Under the pieces are notes generated by a model, which was given only the letters and a program-made list of their open reading frames with translations, did not search any database and was not told the origin of the DNA. Made by a program: the position numbers and the translations under genes. 64,000 bases of DNA from Malacoraja senta (lineage: Eukaryota): contig CM075993.1 in NCBI GenBank assembly GCA_038087875.1, positions 2,482,001-2,546,000 of the forward strand, written 5' to 3'. This document shows positions 54,910 through 64,000 of this stretch, piece after piece. Position 1 is the first letter of the stretch, and each line of letters opens with the position of its first letter.

Positions 54910-56366
54910 ACCCATTCCTTCTCTCCAGAGATGATGCCTGTCCGCTGAGTTACTCCAGCATTTTGTGTCTGTCTAATGTTTCTACAGCTCTGCGGGGAAC
55001 ACAATGGCAATATATCTTGTGTAGGAAGGATCAGCAGATGCTTGTTTACACCGAAGATAGACGCAAAAAGCTGGAGTAACTCAGCGGGTCACTTGAGTTA
55101 CTCTAGCTTCCTGTATCTCTTTTCTGCAATATATCTTGATTTGCAGAGTGCACAGATACAAGCGACTTCCCCTAACTTAGAATTGTTAATAATAAAACCT
55201 CGAGACTTCCTCCTGAATTCTATGATTCCTTCAACAGTCAGGCCTGGTGTGCTGCATATTCTCATTTGCTCATCCATTACCATTTCAATCTTCAGCGTTC
55301 AAGTTCCCGCATTGGGGGGATCTCAGCTCCCCGCACCGGGCCCCGTGTCGGGGCTAGTCGATCCTCCTGCGACTTTGGAGCTTCCCGACATCAGTCTCTA
55401 CCCGAGACTGCGAGCTCCTCGATGGTGAAATCGGCAGGTTGGAGCGTCGATCCCAGGCAAGGGATCGCAGATTCCGATGGCAAGTCAGTCTCGAGCAAGG
55501 CCTCCAGCTCCACGATGTTAAGCCGCAGAGCGACCGGAGATTCGATCCGGAAAACAATCGCATCTCCGACAAGATAAGAGATTGAAAAAAAAAATTCTCC
55601 CGACCCCCCCCACATCAAACAAACCAGAGAATATTAACACAAACTTTTTGAAACGCACTAAAAATAACAAAAAAGACGAAAAGACAGAGAGACCGTTGGC
55701 GAGGCCCAACTTGCCCACACCGGCCAACATGTCCCAGCTACACTAGTCCCACCTGCCCGCGTTTGGCCCATATCCCTCCAAATCTGAGGATCATGTTGCC
55801 AGGATCTTCCATTAAATAAAAACACCAGTAAATACTGATTGTTACGTTTTTCCCTTCAAAGCCGTAGCAGAGAGCCTCTGTGAAAATTCAATCCCTTGAT
55901 CTCTGATCTTAACATGAAACATGAATTGAGAGCTTTCTTTAAAAGGTCAGCTTTTAGTGGAGAGGCCGAAAGCAATAATGGGTCGATCTCAGTGTCCATA
56001 TTGGATTTTCACACACTTAAGCCACCTTTTAACTCACCCAGTGTGGAATGTTGACATTCAGCGTTATCACTAATCCTTTTAATTACTTCCTGCAAAAGAA
56101 AACAAGGCGCGACCATCAGAAAATAGAGTCCTTTCAGCTCCCAGACCTGTCAGTGACGTTCCCAGTCTAAAATTAAAACCTATTGATCCAACAATACTCT
56201 TCTCAAGATAGACACAAATTGCTGGAGTAACTCAGCGGGACAGGCAGCATCTCTGCAGAGAAGGAATGGGTGACGTTTTGAGGCGACACCCTTCTTCAGA
56301 CTGACCCGAAATGTCACCCATTCCTTCTCTGCAGAGATGCTGCCTGTCCCGTTAAGGAAGTACAGA

Positions 56367-56612
56367 AGGTAGACAAAAATGCTGGAGAAACTCAGCGGGT
56401 GCAGCAGCATCTATGGAGCGAAGGAAATAGGCAACGTTTCGGCCCGAAACGTTGAAGGAAATAGGCAACGGTTCGGGGCGAAACCCGGAAGGGTTTCGGC
56501 CCGAAACGTTGCCTATTTCCTTCGCTCCATAGATGCTGCTGCACCCGCTGAGTTTCTCCAGCACTTTTGTCTACCTTCGATTTTCCAGCATCTGCAGTTC
56601 CTTCTTAAACAC
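56367..56612. mobile_element. Palindromic Penelope-derived short element nested among older copies
   Basis: 13-bp TSD AAGGAAGTACAGA at 56354-56366 and 56613-56625. Confidence 0.75.
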
Positions 56613-57568
56613 AAGGAAGTACAGATGCTGGTTTATACCAAAGATAGACACAAAACGCTGGAGTAACGGGTGGCGTTTCAGGTTGAGATCCTTCTTCAGA
56701 GGTCTCGACCCGAAACGCGATCCATTCCTTCCCTCCAGAGATGCTGCCTGTCCCGCTGAGTTACTCCAGCATTTTGTGCCGTTCTACGTTCTTTCTGGGC
56801 AAGATAATTCACCAGATCTTCAGCTGAACACAGACTGAAACCAGCAATTGCAGAATATTAAATACAGCAGAAGGAACATAAGGCCGGCACAACAGTGCAG
56901 CGGGTAGAGCAGCTGCCTCACAGCGCCAAAGGCCCAAGTTCGATCCTGACCTCGGGCATTGTCTGTATGGAGTTTGGTACGTTCTCCCTGTGACCGCGTG
57001 GGTTTCCTCCGGGTGCTCCGGTTTCCTCCCACATCCCAATGAGACGTGGGTTTTGTAGCATAATTGGCCCTCTGCCTATTGGCCCCCTAGTGTATAGGAA
57101 GTGGAGTCAAAGGTGGGATGGCATAGAACTGGCATGAAAGGGTGATCAATGAGCGATGTGGATGTTGGGCTGAAGGGCCTATTTCTACGTCGTATCTCGA
57201 AAACTAAACTAAAAACTGAGATCAGGGAAGAAAGGCGAGAGAAGGAACATTACTTTTTTTTTCTCAGCAATGCTGGGAATAATGTAACTGTATTGTAAAT
57301 CAAACAACGTATTTATATCAATTAATATATACTTCACAGTGTTAGCATTTTTCTTACGAACTAACGTCAACCAGCTTTGCAGAATCAGCAACCGATCAAC
57401 AGAGAGCAAACCTTTTTGCAGTGATTTCTATCAAGGCCAACAACGGTTAAATAAGCCTCTTGGATACATATTTTAAGCAAGTGCTTTTCAGCAGTGTATT
57501 CATTTCGAAGGAAGGGAAAATAAAGGAAATCTCTTTGGTGGGGAAATTAGTCATCCACCAGTCTTACT

Positions 57569-58017
57569 TGTTTAAGAAAGAACTGCAGATGCTGGAAAAA
57601 TCGAAGGTAGACAAAAATGCTGGAGAAGCTCAGCGGCTGAGTAGCATCTATTGAGCGAAGGAATAGGTGATGTTTCGGGATGAGACCCTTCTTCAGACTG
57701 ATGTGGGGGTGGGGTGGGGCGTGGGCTATCCCACCGCAAATTGGAGGAGCAGCACCTCATATTTCGCTTGGGTAGTTTACACCCCAGCAGCATGAACATT
57801 GACTTCTCCAATTTCAGGTAGCCCTTGTATCTCCATCCTTCCCCTCCCCTTCCCAGCTCTCCCACAGCCTACTGTCTCCGCCTCTTCCTTTCTTCTCCCG
57901 CCCCCCCCCCCCCACCCCCCACATCAGTCTGAAGAAGGGTCTCGACCCGAAACGTCGCCTATTCCTTCGCTCCATAGATGCTGCCTCACCCGCTGAGTTT
58001 CTCCAGCATTTGTGTCT
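57569..58017 (+). mobile_element. Penelope-like element: inverted terminal repeat, truncated GIY-YIG C-terminus and direct terminal repeat
   Basis: HRKLEEQHLIFRLGSLHPSSMNIDFSNFR* at about 57732-57821. Hammerhead motif at 57929-57956 (+) and a degenerate inverse copy near 57669-57696. Confidence 0.75.
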
Positions 58018-58045
58018 TACGTAATCAGTTTAAGTCACTGTACAC

Positions 58046-58461
58046 CGGTCGGTCCACAATAACCAACCTGAACTCCCGGTGGCTCAACACTTCAACTCCC
58101 CCTCCCATTCCGTATCTGACCTCTCTGTCCTGGGTCTCCTCCATGGCCACAGCGAGCAACACCGTAAATTGGAGGGAAATGCACCTCATATTCCGCTTGG
58201 GCAGTCTACATCCTGGGGGTTTGAACATTGAATTCTCCCAATTCTGCTAGCCCTTGCTGTCCCCTCCCCTTCATCAGCCATCTGGCTGTCTCCTCCCCTC
58301 CCCCAGCCCTCGGGCTCCTCCTCCGCCTTTTTCCTTTTTTCCTTTCTTCTCCCCACCCCGCTATCAGTCTGAAGAAGGGTTTCGGCCCGAAACGTTGCCT
58401 ATTTCCTTCGTTCCATAGATGCTGCTGCACCCGCTGAGTTTCTCCAGCATTTTTGTGTACC
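58046..58461 (+). mobile_element. 5'-truncated Penelope-like element
   Basis: Near-identical to 28540-28951. Hammerhead motif at 58369-58396. 15-bp TSD TAAGTCACTGTACAC at 58031-58045 and 58462-58476. Confidence 0.85.
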
Positions 58462-59001
58462 TAAGTCACTGTACACATTTTGTTGACTACACTATCAGAG
58501 AGCTGCCATTTTAAAATCTCCTCGTGGATTTTTAATTACCGGCCCGGTGAAGGATGAAAATGTATCTGGCAATACGGGCAGATGTAAATTCTTAGCTCGT
58601 TTATAACAATAAATACACAATTAAAATATGTGGTGGAGTGATTTCTTTTCTTTGTTCGGTATAACCTGCTGAAAATTGGTGAATGCCTGTTGGAGTGATA
58701 CAGCATGGAGACAGGCCCTTCGGCCCAACTTGCCACACCGGCCAACATGTCCCAGCTACACTAGTCCCACCAGCCAGCGTTTGGTCCATATCCTCCAAAC
58801 CTGTCCAATCCATGTACCTGTCTATTAAACGTTGGATGGTCAAGGTTTACAAAGGTTTCAAAGGTCTTTTATTGTCACGTGTACTAATTAAGGTACATTG
58901 GAACTTGATTTACCAGCCTGACCCTGTGTACCAGCTTGAACTACCTCCTCTGGCGGCTTGTTCCATACACCCACCACCCTTTGTGTGGAAAAAGTTACCC
59001 C

Positions 59002-59222
59002 TGTAGTGAGACCAGGCAAGGTTGAGCAAAATATTCTTTATTAGCAAATAAATACTCAAAACATTGCGTACTAGAACTAGCGATTACAGCTGCTGCCGGT
59101 GCGAGGAGCGCTAACTACTAATTATTCTTCAAAAGCCCGCGAAGGAACCCCCGGGTCACGTGACAGACCCGACCATTGACGAGGGTTCTGAATTCCCAGT
59201 CCCACCACTAGGTGCCGCTACC
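59002..59222 (-). mobile_element. Probable solo LTR inserted in a CR1 fragment
   Basis: TGTAG...CTAC(C) ends, imperfect 4-bp TSD CCCC/CTCC and AATAAA on the minus strand near 59036-59041. Interrupts CR1 aaaagttacccc|tcagattc. Confidence 0.45.
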
Positions 59223-59529
59223 CTCCTCACATTCAGTACATTTTTTCCCCTTCACCTTAAACCCATGTCCTCTGGTCCTCGATGCACCTACTCTGGGCAA
59301 GGGGCTCTGTGCGTCTAAATGTGGTGAACTATGAAGTTGTGTTGGAGAGATAAAAGTGCGAGCGTGCGCGTGTGTGGGAATGTGCGTACGTCTGTGGTGA
59401 AAGAAAGCGGGGTTTCTTCAGTAACTTCGGGGGGTTTCTGGCACCAGGGAGCATGGTGGATGGGTTGTGAGGCATCACGTGGCAACACGGTATGAATGTC
59501 CGTGGTTAAAACCAGAAAAATCGGGGGGG

Positions 59530-59845
59530 GGGCGGCACGGTGGCGCAGCGGTAGAGTTGCTGCCTTACAGCGCTTGCAGCACCGGAGACCCGGTTCGATC
59601 ACGACTACGGGTGCTGTCTGTACGGAGTTTGTACATTCCCCCCGTGACCATGTGAGTTTTCTCCGAGATCTCCGGTTTCCTCCCACACTCCTAAGGTACA
59701 CAGGTTTGTAGGTTGATTGGCTTGGTATAAATGTAAATTGTCCCTAGTGTGTGTAGGATAGCGTTAATGTGCGGGGATCGCTGGTCGGCAGGGACTCGGT
59801 GGCCCAAGGGCCTGTTTCCGTGCTGTATCTCTAAACTAAACTAAA
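59530..59845 (+). mobile_element. Full-length tRNA-derived V-SINE
   Basis: A box TGGCGCAGCGG at 59541, B box GGTTCGATC at 59592 and (TAAAC)n tail. Confidence 0.85.
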
Positions 59846-61391
59846 TTAGGAACAAGAAGGACCTTTGACCCCATTCACTAAAAACATGGCTGACCTCAAT
59901 TCCACATTCAAGTCAAGTCACTTTTATTTCTATAGCTCATTTAAAAAACAACTCTCGTTGACCAAAGTGCTTTACATTGGTGGAGGTACTAACTTTATAC
60001 ATAGATTCATAGATTAAGTACATACATAAATACATACATATAGCCCTCCCTCAGAGGACATCAAGAAAGGCTTGAGAGTAAAGATGAGGTTTAAGTCTCG
60101 ACTTAAAAGAGTCGATGGAGGGGGCAGTTCTGATGGAATAGTGTTCACATCCATTGCAGTAACCACTTATGCCAATCTCAGAAAGGACCCAGCAATCTCT
60201 GCCTTAAGAAATATTCTGCTTCCACCATGCTTAGAACAAGAGACCTAAAGACTCATAATCCTTAGAGAAGAAATATTTCACCTCATCTCTGACTTTAGTA
60301 GCTACCCCTTGTTTCTAAACAGTGGCCTCTGGTCCCAGTTCGTTTAGTCCAGTTTGGAGAAACAGTGCTAGAATAGTTTAGAGATACGTCTCAAGTCAGA
60401 AGTGAGAGATATAACAAAGATGGATACAAATTGCTGGAGTAAATGTAAATTGTCCCTAGTGTGTGTGTGTGTGTGTAGGATAGTGTTAATGTGCGGGGAT
60501 TGCTGGTTGGTGCGGACTCAGTGGGCCGAAGGTCCTGTTTCCATGCTGTATCTCTAAACTAAACTAAAACTAAAATGATGGAAGCAGTCGGCAGATCAGA
60601 CAGCATCTGTGGAAGACAATACATTGCCGACCAGTGATCTCCCGCTCATACTCGTTCTATTTTACTCCACCCTCCCCATCAATTACCTACACACTGGGGG
60701 CCAATTAACCTACAAACCCGCACGTCTTTGGAATGTGGGAGGAAAGCGGGGCACTCGGAGGAAACCCAACGTGGTCACGGGGAGAACGTGCAAACTCCAC
60801 ACAGACAGCACCCGTAGTCGGGATCGAACCCTGGTCCCTGGCGCTGTGAGGTTGTAGCTCTCCCGCTGCGCCACCGTGCCGGTCAGGCAGCATCTGTGGA
60901 GAGAAGCAGATTTAATGTTTCAGGTTAAAGACATGTCTCATAAATCCTTTAGTCTTTGCACCTGCCACAGGTATGGGTCGAAGTCCAAGCTCCAATTTAC
61001 CAGTGCACTACAAATATCTCCGGAGGACTTGCTTTGTCTCCAAATCTCTTTCAAACAGGAGCTTTGAATACACTCAAAGACCCTTTCTGCTTTAACCTGA
61101 AAATATTATTTTTAAATAAAGTCCTGCAGTAACTCTGTTATCGACAGTGGAGCAGATTGGTTGCTGAGGAACCTGTGGTGTGTTCCCCACATCCCCTCCC
61201 TGCTCTGAAGAAAAATATATATTTCAGATACCCCGTAGTGTCCTTCAAGATTGCCGTCCGATTACCTTCGGTTCGCAAGGAGATCAATGCAAGTGAGCAC
61301 ACTGCCTTCAATAAGACTGCAGTTTGCATCCTGCACCTTTGTAACACAGTGAGAGTCCCTTCGGCCCGATGTAACACTGCTGGATGATGAG

Positions 61392-61755
61392 GGGGCGATC
61401 TTATAGAAGTGTATTAAAATCATGAGAGGAATAGATCGGGTAGATGCACAGAGACTCTTGCCCAGAGTAGGGGAATCGAGGACCAGAGGACATAGGTTTA
61501 AGGTGAAGGGGAAAAACATTAATGGGAATCTGAGGGGTAACGTTTTCACACAAAGGGCGGTGGGTGTATGGAACAAGCTGCCAGAGGAGGTAGTTGAGGC
61601 TGGGACTATCCCAGCATTTAAGAAACAGGTACATGGATAGGATGGGTTTGGAGGGATATGGACCAAGCGCAGGCAGGTGTAGCTGGGACATGTTGGCCGG
61701 TGTGGGCAAGTTGGGCCGAAAGGCCTGTTTCCACACTATATCAGTCTATGGCTCT
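61392..61755 (+). mobile_element. CR1-type LINE 3' fragment
   Basis: MRGIDRVDAQRLLPRVGESRTRGHRFKVKG...WNKLPEEVVEAGT. An inverted sister copy lies at about 61940-62300. Confidence 0.8.
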
Positions 61756-63507
61756 GTGACTGGCTCTTTGGAAGAGCAATCTGGCAGAATCGTGCTCCTC
61801 TCTCTCCTTTCCCCATAACACCATCTACCCTCTACCTTCGACTATTAAAATCAGGGTTACATGTCAGAATGCAGCATGCAGTGAATATGTAATGAAATAA
61901 ATTGCAATTTTCCATCCTCTTTTTCATTTCTTTGCTTTAATAGAGTCATAGAGTCACAGAGTGATACAGGGTGGAAACAGGCCCTTCGGCCCAACTTGCC
62001 CACACCAGCCAACATGTCCCAGCTATACTAGTCCCACCTGCCCGCGTTTGGCCCATATCCCTCCAAACCTGTCCTATCCATGTACCTGTCTAACTGTTTC
62101 TTAAAGGTTGGGATAGTCCCAGCCTCAACTACCTCCTCTGGCAGCTCATTCCATATACCCTCCACCCTTTGTGTGAAAAAGCTACCGCTCAGATTCCTAT
62201 TAAATCTTTTCCCCTTCACCTTAAACCTATGTTCTCTGATCCTCGATTCACCTGCTCTGGGCAAGAGACTCTGTGCATCTGCCCGATCTATTTTTCTTAT
62301 GAGGATAGATGACCTTCATTAAAAATGACCTTTTACCGCTTAGCCTCCAGGGCTGACATTGCTTTCGAGGTTATGACTGAGCTATTTCCCGTCCCCAACA
62401 TTGTGGGCCTCGTAATCATGTGGCTTCTCCTCGAATCTCGCATTTTGGATACCTGTCACAATCACAGCCATTTGCAGAGCTTCCAGTCCCAGTTAAAAAA
62501 ACATGCAGATTATCTCTAGCTTGCAGTTACCTGTGGGGAATATGGATTCCGAGGCGAAACTGTCTGAACTTTGTCAGATTTGATTGCTTCCTCCCCTCCC
62601 GTCAGCTCGTCACCTGCCCTCGATTTGATACCTCTGCCAACATCCTAATGCAGTGATCTTCCATTTTAAATTAACATTAAATCTAAGATTTATACATTCT
62701 GTGTGGATCGCTGGAGTTGAGTTTGAGCCTGTACGTGATAATTGCTTGGGATGAGTCTAAACAGGAATCAGGCCTGGCCGGCTAAAAGCAATGTTCTGAT
62801 ATCGACACCCGTGAAGATGTATCTTGTGTAAAGACACAAAATGCTGGAGTAACATTAAAAAAAAAAATTTTTTTTATTAGAAGTATAATCGTATGGCACC
62901 AAAGTGCCTAATATATATATTTTCATAACACATTTTATGTACAGCTTCTTATTTTTTTTATTATAATAAAGAAGAATAAGAAAAAGAAATTAGATAATAA
63001 AGGATAGAAAAACGTGAGATATATAGTGTGTGAAAAAGAAGAAAAGAAAGAATGAAAGAAGAAAGTTGAAGAAAAGAGATTAGAGATTAGAGATTAGAGA
63101 TTAGAGATTAGAGATTCCTTTATTTGTCATTCAGACCTTTCGGTCTGAACAAAATTTCGTTGCCTGCAGTCATACATATAATAATAAATAACAAAACACA
63201 CAATAAACACAAATTAACATCCACCACAGTGAGTTCACCAGGCACCTCCTCACTGTGATGGAGGCAAAAGTCTTAAAGTCTCTGTCTCTTCCCTCCTTGT
63301 TCTCCCTCTGCGCTGAGGTGATCCAGGCTTCTAACGAAAATAGGGAAAAGAGAGTAAAAAATTTAAAAAAAGAAGTAATGAGATCATTATTTATAATCTT
63401 GACCTTCCCTCACCCAGTCCTGAGACAGTTAGCCTTTACAATTGTGTTGCACCAAAGCTGGAGTAACTTAACGGGACAGGCAGCATCTCTGGAGAGAAGG
63501 AATGGGT

Positions 63508-63535
63508 GACGTTTCGGGTCGAGACCCTTCTTCAG
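63508..63535 (-). ncRNA. Minimal hammerhead ribozyme motif (PLE type)
   Basis: Exact reverse complement of CTGAAGAAGGGTCTCGACCCGAAACGTC. Confidence 0.55.
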
Positions 63536-64000
63536 ACTCTCCGTCAAGGTGATAGTGTAAAGTGCTTTCTAATAATAGAAATATCATCCAAAACATCATG
63601 GGGGGGAAAAGAGTTCCAGGAAGTATATATGGACGAGGGGGAAAGTTGCCGTGAGTGAAAGCCCTTTCATGTTTTTCCTTGCATACATTTTCAATGACCG
63701 AGAGAATATTCCACTTCATCTAAATACAGCTCTTCAAAACGTAAACGTGGCTGCTGAGATTACGTCTTAGGGACTTGGTAATGCAACCGTTTGCACTCTA
63801 TAACAGACTGATAACGTCCTTATGCACCACACTTTGTTTGCCTTATCAGCCAGCCAGCCAGCATGTGTCTTATGAATAGCTAATGACGTTTGATTTTCCG
63901 AGACTTCAAGAAATCGGACGTCAGGGCTTCACATATAGCACTTCATTTCAAGATAGATGCTATTCCATTGAAGTGACATCCCGCTATATTCTTCCGAAAC

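Overview
Repeat-rich vertebrate genomic DNA. The SINE/LINE/Penelope repertoire suggests a cartilaginous fish (skate/shark-like); this is an inference. The only host gene found is the 3' half of a + strand HCN channel gene (HCN4-like, with a few HCN3-type residues). Four exons are visible: pore/S6 (5003-5223), C-linker (27212-27358), CNBD first part (29275-29515) and the terminal exon ending SKLPSNL* (38703-40272). The pore exon has four single-base indels at short homopolymers, the last exon is frameshifted, and the expected 165-nt CNBD exon is absent from an intron containing a 200-N gap. Assembly error is the leading explanation; pseudogenisation cannot be excluded. The rest is mostly tRNA-derived V-SINEs, CR1/L2/L1/Tx1/Rex1 LINE fragments, Harbinger-like MITEs and Penelope-like elements (PLEs). 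The most notable non-coding signal is a minimal hammerhead-ribozyme motif (CTGAAGA-A-stem II-GAAAC-GTH) in the PLE terminal repeats. These termini also occur as about 200-250-bp palindromic non-autonomous elements with 13-18-bp target-site duplications (TSDs).
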